The translations under genes and the position numbers were made by a program. Under the pieces are notes generated by a model. That model saw nothing but the letters and a program-made list of their open reading frames with translations, was not told the DNA's origin and ran no database searches. Below are positions 1 through 12,817 of a DNA stretch of 64,000 bases, one piece after another. The stretch lies in NCBI GenBank assembly GCA_012295275.1, contig CM022670.1, positions 930,001 to 994,000 on the forward strand. The letters are read 5' to 3'. The DNA is from Chrysomallon squamiferum (Eukaryota; Animalia; Mollusca). Position 1 is the stretch's first letter, and each line of letters begins with the position of its first letter.

Positions 1-71
<71 letters not shown>

Positions 72-75
<4 letters not shown>

Positions 76-711
76 ACAGTAATACATTTCCTTTTTTTGT
101 GAATTTTATTAAACAATAGGAATTTCAGTAATAAAACAAAGTTCAGTTAACGTTCCCTTCATTTACTATATATTGATTAATATCCCGCAAGCTGTACAGT
201 TAATCATTATATCACGATAACCTTTGTGCTTTTATTAATCCGGAAGTGACCCAAAATGTACTAATTTCCTACTCAGTTACGATCTACAGTCTTACGAGTT
301 AGGTAAAGTTTTAAAAATTAGTTCTGTTAATACATGCATAATTTTGCTTTAATGTGATTACGTTTATGAAAAGAAATAGTAAGGAAGGAATAAATAAATC
401 AGTGCATTCGGATTTGGGACATATTTCTTAAATTAAAATATTCTAGATTGTACTAGTGCTGGAAGGGAGATTACTCTTAACAGATTATTGTGAAATGCTG
501 GCGTAAACATACTTGTTTATAAAATTAAACTTCCTGTTTGAAAACAATAATCATACTCAATAACCATTATTTATTTAATTTTTAAGAATGTATTAGAGTT
601 ATTATTATGTAAAAACAAATAATTATATTTGATAAATTTTTCCTGTCGATTGTTAATAAATATTGATTCTATTAAAGTGTAAAATAAAAATAGTATTTAC
701 AGGGTACCAAA
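72..711 (+). repeat. ~640-bp direct repeat, copy 1 (paralogous to 11541-12181)
   Basis: Near-identical to 11541-12181 by eye, from TTTACAGT..AATTTCAGTAATAAAACAAAGTTCAGTTAACGTTCCC to ..TTACAGGGTACCAAA. Contains the ETS-type motif CCGGAAGT (240-247) and donor-like AG|GTAAAG (303). Confidence 0.95.
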
Positions 712-1129
712 CTCAGGCTGCATAGACTTATTAGGTGTCATCCCAGAAAAGCTATTGTAAATATAGATGTTATTTTTAGCATGCAGTAAACGAATTCGTC
801 GGAACTTCATTTTATAAGTCGGAGAAACGCAACACATACAAGTTCATGTAAAATTTACAGTTTTATTTACATATTAAATGAATCACACAGTGTAAGAAAC
901 CAGAAACAAGCATTACTCAACTTCATTTAAATGTTGCCATAAATTCTTTACTTCATTATAGATTTATTGATTTTTGTGAATAAATTTAAAATAAAACACC
1001 ACTGTTGAATTGTTTTGTTAAGCGTTTATTAGATTTTTGCTTAAGACATTGTATATTATCGCGTGCAAAAACCTTGAAGATTAAAACTACAAAACCTCGT
1101 CATTTAAAATAAAAAAGCTCGAAGTTCTG

Positions 1130-1980
1130 TCAGATGCAAAGACAGACAGAAGAGTGGCAAGTGAGGACACGTGAAAAGCTAATCCCATTAAACTGCAGTG
1201 TACATTGTCACAAAACAGCAGCACCTAGCCCCAAAGCAGTGTCAAGACTTAAAGATGCAGACAGAAGAGAAACAAGGTGAAGAAGACAGACAGTCGACCA
1301 CCTTATGGGAAGTGTTTGAAGACAAAAGTGGACAAAATGAAGAAGAAACAAAATGGGAGATGTCTGGATCTCTCATTTTTTCTCTCTCTCTCTTTTTTTT
1401 TTTTTTTTTTTATTTTTTCACGATACGGACATCAACTTGAGTCAGAAAACGATTTCAGATCAGACTACAAGTTAAAGATTCATGCATAGCCTGGACTTCC
1501 CCATCCCTATGGCGATCAAAGAAAAGTGTGTTTTAGTTATTCGCTTTTTCCCAGCTATGTGTATAGTACAGACGGCAAGTACTCAAATAATGTGTCGTTC
1601 GTCTGTGTGTGTGTGTGTTATTTATTTAAAAAAAAATTTAATTTTTATTTATATATATATTTTTTTTTTTTGTTGATTCGTGCTGTTTTGTATGACTATA
1701 ATTTTTCATATGACTACATTTTTCTTTTTGCCATTCGAAACGACCCCGCCCACCCACACACCCTGTTGCTCGTTAGGCCAGGGTTACTAACAAACTTGGT
1801 GTGTTCTGGGGATATCTGACTTATTATGTCTACATTCAGTGATGTATATATGTTTTCTGCATTTTGTTTTGTATAAATCATCTGTTGTCACGTATGTATT
1901 TGTCCGCACCTACGACCACCGTGAAAGTTGGCGCCCTAAACGCTAACGTCCCTTATATTTAATCAGCTAAGTAAATAAAA
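1130..1980 (+). mobile_element. Possible degenerate 3' end of a non-LTR retrotransposon (LINE)
   Basis: Purine-rich coding-like stretch 1130-1370 with a TVDHL-like motif resembling the C-terminal zinc-binding region of LINE ORF2. A 3'UTR-like tail ends in AATAAA plus an A run (~1974-1982). Frames are broken and the call is weak. Confidence 0.25.
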
Positions 1981-2115
1981 AATACAGATTATTTGTTTTA
2001 TTAATGTTCTCCGTGTCGTTCGCATGGCTCTAACAAATGATTTACTTCAAATAATGAAATTAATTATCCTTAATATTTTATCATTATTTTTATTTTTATA
2101 TTTATGTTTAATTTT

Positions 2116-2153
<38 letters not shown>

Positions 2154-2354
2154 TTAGATTTTATAAAAGTAAGATGTCGGAGGCTGAAAAAGCCTGCACA
2201 TTTATAAAAATTCCTGTTTCATCTCTACGATAAAGAAATTGTTTTCTCAAAACCTCTCTCTCTCTCTCAGACACAAGTATGTACAATTGACACACAAACA
2301 AACAAGCAAACAAAAATTATGTATTTATTTAGCGGAAAACAGGATTACAGTTTA

Positions 2355-3032
2355 TTAACCTCTGGTTAACTGGAAGGGAAAATCAAATCCTCTAGTACGA
2401 TAAAAGATTTGCTCGTAGCACGTGCAGTCTTGTGGAAGATACAGGTAACGGAAATTAAGACCTTGCGTCCAGAATCCCACGTCTGTGTAACACCACGCCC
2501 AGAACCACACCTTCGTCCACTCGGTAGGCCAACATATTGTATTACCACAGGCGCAGGGCATTCCACATTTGCTGTTGCTATAAAATAATAGTAATAATAA
2601 TAACAATAACAGCAGCAGCAACAACAACAACAACAGTAAGAACAACAGCAACAACGGCAACAACAACAACAATAACAATAATAATAACAACAGTATCAGC
2701 ATGCACACTGTCAAGCAAACAAATAATAATAATTAGAATCTGTTTCTTCACAGTTTATGATTTATGGTTTTGATGATCGTAGACAAGATGTCTGATGTCA
2801 GTTATGGAGTAATTAATTATGCTACGTTTGCAGTGGTGTTGGCGGGCGGCGGATAGAGGTGGGATAAGTTAAGACGAAGTATTTTTTGGATGATAAACAG
2901 GGATGCCGATTTATATGTGGGCTTTATGAAGAAATTTGACAGTAGTAGTAAAAACAGTTGTAGTAATTACAAATACAATGAAGCAATAAAAATAATAAAA
3001 TACTACATAATAATAAATATAGTTTTAATTTA

Positions 3033-3105
<73 letters not shown>

Positions 3106-3473
3106 ATTATTATAATTCTATTTCACAAATAGCTACATAAATAAATTATTAAAAAAAAAAAAAAAATAAAATAAATAAATAAAAAAGTTCACCTACCTGC
3201 ATCTAGCGGACCCTGACTTGTTGCCAGTAAGGAAAAATAACAAAACACAGGCCTCCATAGAACGTGTCCACGTAACCCGCATTGGGTTTGCAGGGTTCAC
3301 AGTTTCTCACCCAGTTGTACAACCACCATGTTGAATAAAAAGGTGGACGAAAAGGCGGTTGTTCTGTTGTACTTTCGTTACAGATTTTGTCTTTAAACTG
3401 AAATACGCCTTCTCCGATCTTTTCTAGCAAAGCCTTTTCTGCTTTGCGTTGTACTTCAGAGTACGAATCGTCT

Positions 3474-3512
<39 letters not shown>

Positions 3513-5170
3513 TGCAATGAAATATTTTTCAATGAGTTTATAATTCTGCCTTTGGATAATTTTGTCGTCACTGTTGATAAATGGTTTGAAATAAACATAT
3601 TAGTTATTTTTGTCGTCATTATTATTATCTCATCAGCATTATAATTATTAATAATTATTATTATTATTATCATCATCATCATCATCACTATCATTATTAT
3701 AATAATTATTATATAATAAGTAGTAAAAATAGTAGTAGCATCGATATTAGACGTCATTATCATCATCATCATCATCATCATCATCATAATTATAATCATC
3801 ATCAGTATTAATACTAGTGGTTGTAGTAGTAGCAGCAGTAGTAGTAGTAGTAATATTCTTTTCATCTTCAAATTTCACTCTTTCGTCATAGAATGTGACG
3901 TCTAGTTTAACTTTCACATCCGGGTTATCACGACTCGGTTTACACGACTGTCCAGAAACTGTGGTTACGATCAGACACGTCAAGATAAGAAGTTTCTGAA
4001 ATTAAACATACACACGTACATACATACATGCACATAGTATAGACATACATACACATAGGTACACATACGTATACACTCACACACACACATATATACACAC
4101 ATAGACTTGGGTACCGGATCTACAGCGATCTGCAGAAAGACCAGATTCAGGCTTCACAACATAATAAAATCTCAGTCTACGTTCAGTAGCGAACAAACAA
4201 AAAGTGAATATCAAATCTGAACTAACCTAGACTGCGATTCCAAAAATGTTGTGTGTTTGATGACATGCAATTTGTGTATAACACAGTACGTCGGCCAAAC
4301 ACAAAATATGTTACGAGTTAGAACTGCTTGTCACAAATACAATATTAGGCATGAGGTTGGCATTCGAGTCGCCAAACATTTTAACCTACCTAGTCATATA
4401 TTGAAGGATCATTTTGAAATAATCCCAATAGAGCAAACGCCCATTCTCGGTTCCAAAAACTGAAACTCACCTCTTTAGACTTGAACGAGAAGCGATTTGA
4501 ATTTGCACGTTACAAATCCAAGAGCAATTGGGAAACAATGTTGAATCGGGAAAATGTAAAGAAAATGTAAAAAATGTAAAGAAATTGTAAAAAAATACTT
4601 TTCAGATAATTTCAATCGCAGCAACGTTGACGTTGGTAAAATTATCATAGGAGCAGACTGCTATGAAAAATCCACTAACAGCAAGTGACGTCACAGCTTA
4701 AACCCAGGTCTAAAATACATTTTAGTCTGTACGAGATTTTCTGAATAATATGTCTGTGTAAAGTTTTGATTCCAAAGTATTTACGACTTAATTCAATAAA
4801 AGGTACGGAAATGCTTTAAAATGTTTTCAAAGGATACGTAATGTTTTACGAATTTTTGGTATGGGTTATTTTTTTTTTTTTTTTTTTAAATGTTACTTTT
4901 TTACAGGCATTAAGAAACTACATCCTTCAAATACAGTTCAAAATAGTTTTAAATACATTTTTGAATATTTTTCTTTCTATAAGTGTATTTGTATTAAATG
5001 TTACAATAGTTTATAGATTTTTTTTCATAAAGGATACTTTCTAAATTGTTTACATACATACATAGATACATATATAGATACAAACAAACAATCAAATAAA
5101 TAATACTATTTAGTAAAGGATATTTCCAAAGATCTAATGAAAATGATACGTTGCAGGATAAATCTTTAGT

Positions 5171-5259
<89 letters not shown>

Positions 5260-5404
5260 ACAAGACAAGTAAACTAATTTTAGATTTAACAGTTTACTGG
5301 AATCCTAAATAAAGAAATCAAACAAAATATTCTGAAAACCGAAATGATTAAACTGCGAAAAAAATGACTAAATAAACAAACAAACAAACACGAGTACTTA
5401 CCAT
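2355..5404 (-). CDS. Secreted Cys/Trp-rich cystine-knot (Spaetzle/neurotrophin-like) protein, paralog A; contains a +1 frameshift (assembly error or pseudogene allele)
   Basis: Hand-spliced exons: 5404-5402 (ATG|gtaagt); 3995-3815 (signal peptide KLLILTCLIVTTVSG; donor at 3814 uncertain); 3471-3197 (..ICNE..NCEPCKPNAGYVDTFYGGLCFVIFPYWQQVRV-ARC); 2577-2355 (SNSKCGMPCACGNTICWPTEWTKVWFWAWC..YLYLPQDCTCYEQIF..). One extra base near 3206-3213 creates TAG (3205-3203) just before the conserved AGATGCAG|gtagg. AATAAA overlaps the stop. Clearly homologous to the gene at 7582-9209. Confidence 0.8.
4107..4550 (+). mobile_element. Penelope-like retroelement fragment (GIY-YIG endonuclease), decayed, antisense in intron 1 of gene A
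   Basis: Translation ..LDCDSKNVVCLMTCNLCITQYVGQTQNMLRVRTACHKYNIRHEVGIRVAKHFNLPSH..RLEREAI*ICTL matches the PLE GIY-YIG pattern (C-x-S-x-NVVY..C-x2-C..YVGET..R..H..VA-x-HFN..RE..WI..L). Contains stops and a frameshift. Confidence 0.85.
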
Positions 5405-5439
5405 TTTTGATTACTTTATTACCACTGTTCTGAATGGAG

Positions 5440-5660
5440 GTTGTTTTAATCACATCACAAACTCAGATTTTATAGGAAAACTGCCAATATAATTAACATA
5501 CTAATTATCATCTCTTTGAACTGAAGGGCAATTTTAACCAATAGAATAAATCACAAAGCTGTTTACTTGTCATTATTTACATCCACCCGCCCCACATTCA
5601 CTTCAGGTCAAGGCTGTGTTTGACCAATAAAATCACGAAGCAGTTTCCTTGTTTTTAACA
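5440..5660 (-). promoter_or_regulatory. Core/proximal promoter of cystine-knot gene A
   Basis: TATAAAA on the minus strand (5474-5468) about 65 nt upstream of the ATG. CCAAT boxes at ~5485, ~5538 and ~5623; the latter two sit in a duplicated ~30-bp unit, one with a forkhead-like TGTTTAC. Confidence 0.5.
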
Positions 5661-6093
5661 CCCTTTTGTACGTGACGAACACACCCTGAAAACAACAAAG
5701 ACTTTACTATGGGTATTTACTTTAAAATTCATATATGTGCATTTTAAAACATGTTCCCTGGAGTTACATGATATTTATTAGCATTAAAATCTTTAAATAA
5801 ATTAATTGTAGTCTGCTGGTACAAAAAGACACTTATCTCAAAACAGGAAATTTTCAAAACCTATTATTTTCAAACAGCTTTTTTACTTAGGTAAATAAAT
5901 AAATAAATAAATTAAATATAATGATAAATAAAAGGAAGTCAATAATGAGAAAATGATCTTTCCAAAATTTCATGATCCAGGTTTTATATGTAAATAACAG
6001 ATGTAATTGTTAGAAATATATTGTCATTTTTGGAATTAATTATCAACTGAGAGAAAAACTTCGTAAGTACGTAATAACCTGCAACAATAAACA

Positions 6094-6219
<126 letters not shown>

Positions 6220-7581
6220 AGGCTGTTTACTTTATTTTATTAAATTGTATATTTTTGTAAGCAACTTCCACACATTGCTGCTGACAGTTGAAAAAGATGG
6301 TTACATGATAACAAATTGCAGTTCATGTTAAAATGACAAAATGGCGGAAATTGAAATTTCGAAATCCGCCCATAGTGAACTAATTACAAGACAGATTTCA
6401 CTCAGCTAAGGTCACAGTACTTCACAGGTGTAGACCTAGGCCAGAATAGATTTAGAATCCGTTTCTTGCTCTGTTTGAAGAGATTTCAGATGTACAGTTG
6501 ACGGTAACAAAGTAATAAAATTGTTTATCATCACAAATATCTAAATATTTGATATTCACTAGATGATGACAGAAAAACGATGCGTGTTCAGTGATGTCTT
6601 TAAATTGTCCTTAATTATGTGTGTCTGCGTCTGTGTATATGAGTGGAACTCTGTGAATTTTGCCTGTTTGTACCGTAAATTATTAATAATGATTAAACTG
6701 CGTGACGGAAACAAAGAGTGAAATAAGCAGTAACAACACACACACGCACACGCAAACATATACAACAACATAAAATATCTTTCTCAGGCTATTCATCACT
6801 ATACAGTTCACATCACCTGACAAAAAACAAGTTAACAGAATCCTGTTAGTCGACTTTAAAAAAACAAAGTATATATTGTTGATGTAATCATACATTGCTT
6901 CATGTCAAAGTTTCGTCATGCATAAAGCAATAACCTTTTCGTGATGTTTGTCCGCCCAAATAACTAAAAATATTAAACTTATAAAACAGTTTGTTTCTGC
7001 TGTATAAGGTCAACCAGCAAGCCTTAACTGACCCCATAAAAACGTGTATCGATTGTTCATACTTTCATTAAAAATTATTACTTACAGTCTAGGCAGGATG
7101 AAAAGATGAGTGTTGATGATGATGAAGACGATAATGATAAATGAATTAATAAATGATTGTTAAAAGGGAACCGTAAACAAATACAAACATTTTTCAATTA
7201 AAACGAAAAAAAAAAAAAAAAGAAAAAAAACACGATAGTTTTATGTTCTTCAGACGTCATATGCTCTTTCAATTTTTTTTTTCTTCTAACTTTATTTATT
7301 TCTTCTGAATACGAAAAGTGAAAGTGCACGTATTAAATCAGGATATGCATGAAGACTAAACAAGAGGATGACGTTTCCTCATTCATTAATCTTGGTTCCG
7401 AAGACGATGTAGTTACGACATTGATGGAGAAGATGCTGTCTCCGCAATTCTCATTGGCTAAACAACTTAGCGATTTTCAAATAAATTAAGAATTTAACTG
7501 TTCTGGAACATCCAGCATAAAGTTAATCAAGAATAAAGAACTAAGACATTCTTTCAGAGTTGCAGATATCACGTTTCTACA

Positions 7582-8050
7582 ATGGTAAGTGTATTTATCA
7601 CAATAATTTACTTCATTTTTATTTAAATATTTTTAATATACATTTGAAGTTTGAAATGATATTGAAACTCTATTCGTAAGTAATAATTTAGAAAAAAATT
7701 GGAATTATACGAATATGTCAGAGAAAATAGGAGGACAGAAATGAAAATGAGAATTGGCAGATAAGAGATTCCATTGTGAACACGAAGTGAACAGAACAGT
7801 GTAAGGCAGGGATGCAGCATCATTCGTTCTTTTTAACTGGTTTTTTTTTTTTTTTTTTTTAAATATTTGTTTTTCTTCGCTTTCAGAAACTTTTGTTAAT
7901 TTTGTGTTTGGTGAAAGCTGCGCTTTCGAACCAATGTCCCGCAGCCATGAGCAACCGTAAAGTGAAGTTTGGCAGTGACATGACATTTCTTACCGGCCGT
8001 GTTGTGTCTGCCAAAAGGTAAAATTGACTAATAATAATAATAATAATAAT

Positions 8051-8104
<54 letters not shown>

Positions 8105-9209
8105 ATAAAAATAACACCAGGATAAATATAAAATATATTGTAATAGTAGTAAGAAGAAGAACAATAATAAGAACAACACTTCATTCTACAACAACAATGA
8201 TGATGATGCTTGTAACTAATAATTAATAATAACGATAACAAAAACAAAAACAAAAGAATTAGTAGTAGTAGTTCTAGTAGTACTGGGTTTTGTACGTAAT
8301 TAAATGAAACAGTAATTTATTGATTTCGGACAGTGCTGTAGAAGTCAAGGCGGTGGCAGCTTTTGCACAGAAAGTGGGGCACGAAATAATGCCATCGAGA
8401 CACTGCGTTCCAGACAGAAATTGGCCTATCGTGAAGTGTGAACCGTGCCGGCCGAATGCGAGATACTTGAAGACTTTCTTTCATTCCACCTGTTTTGTCA
8501 TCCGTGCACACGTGCAGAAAGTGAGGACGACGAGATGCACGTAAGTAAACAAATTCATTTAACTAGTAAAAGAACACAAGTGATTTAAATTAGTGAAACT
8601 GTTTTTAAGAGAGATAAATGAAATTACAGTGGTCTGGTACGTACAAATAGAAATTCTGAATTAATCTGATATACTTTCAAATATTGTTTTATTTATACAA
8701 CTTAATCTTTACCGATAATAAAGCAGGATAAAAGTCATCGAAGCTGCCGTTTTCATTCTTTCTTTATTTAACAGAGACGTCAGTGTAAAATACATTTTTA
8801 GACCTGCATAGCAACGATATCATAAACAACCTTGCCAATATTCCACGTAAACAAACAAAAGTAAATGTAAAGTTTTGTCGTACTGTGAGAATTTTCTGTT
8901 CTGAACATGATATTACAGTTTAGAAGAAATAAAGGAATATCGCAGAGTAAGTTCAACATGCACGCTATTCTGTTATCTTTTTTTAAAATTATTTCTATTG
9001 CTATTAAAATTTCCCTTTTTGTCACTTACAGCTATTCTCGGTGTAACCATCCGTGTCAAACCGCAAATACCCAGTGCTTACCCACAGAATGGCATCCGGT
9101 TTGGTTCTGGGGATGGTGCCATAGAAGCACTGGGGGGTGGCGTGCTGGGCTCAGCTACCACTACCTATACCTCCCCCAAGATTGTACCTGTTACAAGAAC
9201 CTGTTTTGA
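7582..9209 (+). CDS. Secreted Cys/Trp-rich cystine-knot (Spaetzle/neurotrophin-like) protein, paralog B, 172 aa, intact
   Basis: Exons with GT-AG and consistent phases: 7582-7584 (ATG|gtaagt); 7887-8017 (signal peptide KLLLILCLVKAALS then NQCPAAM..); 8334-8540 (..RHCVPDRNWPIVKCEPCRPNARYLKTFFHSTCFVIRAHVQKVRTTRC); 9032-9209 (TYSRCNHPCQTANTQCLPTEWHPVWFWGWC..YLYLPQDCTCYKNLF*). AATAAA at 9224. The Q-x-V-x3-C..C..C..LP-x2-C-x-C spacing resembles the Spaetzle C106 domain; family assignment is inference. Confidence 0.9.
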
Positions 9210-9422
9210 AAGAAATACAAAGAAATAAAATGTGTGAAATAAACGAAACAAATTAAGTAAACGTTAAATTTGAAATCTCAACGATGTATTCATTTCTTTT
9301 TTTTTTTGTTAATAAATTAACTGCATACATATTTTGTCTTTTGTGTCTGTCTGTTTGCATTGGTATCAATGTTAAATCTTTTCTCAAACATCATCAAACA
9401 TTCCCTTCCTTTATATAAAGCA

Positions 9423-9509
<87 letters not shown>

Positions 9510-9635
9510 GTAAATTAATAATCAAATAAAATTCTAAATAAAAAGAAACAAATGCTACTGAACTGTCAAAATTATTGAGTCTGTCTTTACATCTATATTT
9601 TTTATAATAATTCCGTCTTTCCTTTTTTCTTACTT

Positions 9636-9713
<78 letters not shown>

Positions 9714-10059
9714 GCGGATCGTTGAGGATTATGGCAGACACTCAACTTTGTACTTTGTTGTTTTTAAATCGTGTAACTCCTGGGAGGTTACCATAACACG
9801 TGTCTTATTTTATAATAGTAGTATGGGTGCCGAGTTTTGATCGAAATAATTCGTCTACCGAAATACCTGATTAACATGGCCTCTTCATGCATAGTTGTTC
9901 ATAGTTTCTCCATAGTCTTTTGTGAACAAAACTTGCATCCTAGTCGGACAATGGTTTATTTACCAGTATACGTCCTCCATAGCCTTCTAAGTATATAAGA
10001 AAATGTTTCTGAAAAAAAAAAAAAAAAAAAAAAAAAATCACAATTACCATTCAGAAAAA

Positions 10060-10910
10060 GGCTGGTTTTACGCAAGGTAGAATTTTTGCAGTCAAATCGT
10101 GGAAAATAACAAGCTTTGTTAGATGGTTATGCGTACAGTCAAAATCACGTTTATGAAGAAACCACATATTGGAGATGCACCAAACAAAACCATACAGTTG
10201 CTGGTTTTGTTAGAAAAAGTGTCGGTCATGACATTTCCTCAGAATAATGAAACCACCGTCAAGTTCGTTAGTACTATGAGAAAGAGAGCACGATCCGAAA
10301 CAATACCAGTGTAACAGATCTTCAACTTCGAGGTGATGAAGGAAGACGACCAAGAAATCCCAGAAATCCCGCTTTAACCAGTTTGAAGAGTTCCATGTAC
10401 CGAGAGCGACGAACCACGATGTCTGCTTTCCCACATTCACTCGAAGATCTCCATCTGCAGGGACCATTGTCGCAAAGACGTAATGGCAAGAGAGTCTTGT
10501 TATTCAGTGATGGCGACGCAGATAAAATGGTTGACTTCTCTAACGAAAAACAACTGAGGCTTCTCGAAGAAGCGGACAAGATCTACACAGATGTACATTC
10601 ACCTGCTGTCGCAAGAACGAACAACAATCTGGAAGATTTCCATTCGCGAGTCAACGGGCTGCTTCCTGATGACATCAAAACATGTACAGATTTGTTGACT
10701 TAATCAAGGGAACAGAGAAATACGAAAGAGCAAAGTTGGAGCAGTTGACTCCTGCAGCTGCACGACTACCGAGGAAGAGAGTCCACTGGGATCTCGACAA
10801 CAGAGTCAGTCGCCTCAAGCAGCAACTCACTGACAGAACCAAAACACCCGAGCAGTAGCTGGACGCCATTGGTCACCTCGTGAATCTGAACCGATTGCTT
10901 CTTGTGAAAT
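10060..10910 (+). mobile_element. Internally deleted Mutator-like (FLYWCH + MULE transposase) element, decayed
   Basis: Broken frames give a FLYWCH-like region (VEFLQSNRGK*QALLDGYAY..TYWRC), then MRKRARSETIPV..SLKSSMYRERR..P..LEDL..NGKRVLL..QLRLLEEADKIYTD joined directly to RTNNNLEDFHSRVN (motif around the catalytic E), and a typical C-terminus ..LDAIGHL. TIRs not identified. Confidence 0.8.
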
Positions 10911-11540
10911 AAACATTTTTAGATGGAGACTTTCTTTTTTTTTAATTATTTAGAGACATTCACGACACTCAGTACATGGATTATTTCGATGTTTGTCATA
11001 TTTGCATACTTTATGCGACAAGCGATATCCATACCATCTATACAATAATAATTGGTTTACAAATAATTTGGAACAGTTCATTAAATTAACTGAGGCAACA
11101 ATATGCAAGTCAGTAAGACCACTGAACCATATTTATTGTTGTTTTGGCAGTTCGACCATTTGTATGGCGTAATGACAATAATTATTAGAAAGCAAAAATT
11201 CTACAGTAACCAAGTCATACTTTTATTGATTAAGAGTACGTTTATGTGACAGAGAAACACATATCACTGCGTTTAATAAATCACTTGTAATACTACTGTC
11301 AATAATTATACATGGAAATAGCCTAAGATAATACAACACGAAACGCACAAACACACACAGTTAATCGATTAACAACATCTATTTTACCTAAACCATATCA
11401 AATTTTGATAAGACGAACCTAAGTACTAGTTATAACCGGATATCAGTTTTAATTATCACATAGTCCTCTACCATTTTATTTATTTAAATCACAGATCTAC
11501 AAATGCATATGCATATAAATAAATAAATATTTATTTATTT

Positions 11541-12181
11541 ATTTACAGTTATACATTTCCTTCTGAATTTTGTTAAACAATAGGAATTTCAGTAATAAAA
11601 CAAAGTTCAGTTAACGTTCCCTTCATTTACTATATATTGATTAATATCCCGCAAGCTGTACAGTTAATCATTATATCACGATAACCTTTGTACTTTTATT
11701 AATCCGGAAGTGACCCAAAATGTACTAATTTCCTATTCAGTTACGATCTACAGTCTTACGAGTTAGGTAAAGTTTTAAAAATTAGTTCTGTTAATACATG
11801 CATAATTTTGCTTTAATGTGATTACGTTTATGAAAAGAAATAGTAAGGAAGGAATAAATAAATCAGTGCATTCAGATCTGGGACATATTTCTTAAATTAA
11901 AATATTCTAGATTGTACTAGTGCTGGAAGGGAGATTACTCTTAACAGATTATTGTGAAATGCTGGCGTAAACATACTTGTTTATATAATTAGACTTCCTG
12001 GTTGAAAACAGTAATGATAATAAATAACCATTCATTAATTTATTTTTTAAAAATGTATTAAAGTTACATTTATGAAAAACAAATAATTATATTTGATAAA
12101 TCTTTCCTGTCGATTGTTAATAAATTTTGAATCGATTAAAGTCTAAATTGAAAGTAGTATTTACAAATTACAGGGTACCAA
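11541..12181 (+). promoter_or_regulatory. Direct repeat copy 2; probable promoter and non-coding exon 1 of the arfaptin gene
   Basis: ETS-type CCGGAAGT at 11704-11711, followed by donor AG|GTAAAG at 11767. The next acceptor (tctcag, 12796) precedes the arfaptin ATG. Duplicate of 72-711. Confidence 0.6.
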
Positions 12182-12324
12182 ATTCTACCATTGTTTTATG
12201 GTTTTTTTTTTTTTTTTTTTTTGTTTACTATATCGAAATATCATCTGATATCAATTCTTCTCCATCTTCTATTAATTGACCACATCAGATCAGATTTTTT
12301 TTTAATAGATACTCTGCTTTCTCT

Positions 12325-12535
12325 CTCCTCCATGGACGTAGGCATTTGACAGGAATTTTGCAGAGCTGTATATTCAGTGCTTTCTTTTCCATCTGCCTCC
12401 AAATATAATCAGATTTCTTATTGTCAGTCTTCAAGTTACTTTTCCACATCATTTTTGGACATCATCTTTTTCTTCTGCTTCATAGATTCCATGTCAGAGA
12501 AATATACCTTTGAATCTCACATTTGTTACTGTCAA
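12325..12535 (-). mobile_element. RTE-type LINE 3' fragment in arfaptin intron 1
   Basis: Minus-strand translation SLTWNL*SRRKR*CPKMMWKSNLKTDNKKSDYIWRQMEKKAL..CLRPWRRE resembles the RTE ORF C-terminus (ALTWNPQGKRKRGRPKNTWRR..GYTW..L..A). Confidence 0.6.
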
Positions 12536-12817
12536 AAATGATTCAGTTTTAATATCTTGTTTATATAATTTATAATATGTTCATATCATAAACTGTTTAC
12601 AGAAATATTCTGGCAGCCTTTCCTAAAAAATGAATATTTAATAATATTTATTTACTGATTTCTTATTAACAAAGAAAGTGTTTCTTGATACGTTCATCTA
12701 TCAGCATCCATAAGTATAATAAAACCCAGGTAATTGGTAGTTTTGTGCTGTATAAATTTCACTGAATCCTCACATAAAACTCTATTACATTCTCAGTCAC
12801 TGATACAAAGGTGAACA

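Noticed and set aside
3472-3871. N-terminal part of the 222-aa ORF (poly-L/M/I), and similar ORFs at 2578-2714, 7883-8253, 9394-9741 and 13784-13901
   Set aside because: Translations of intronic trinucleotide or dinucleotide microsatellites; only the spliced exon portions are credible.
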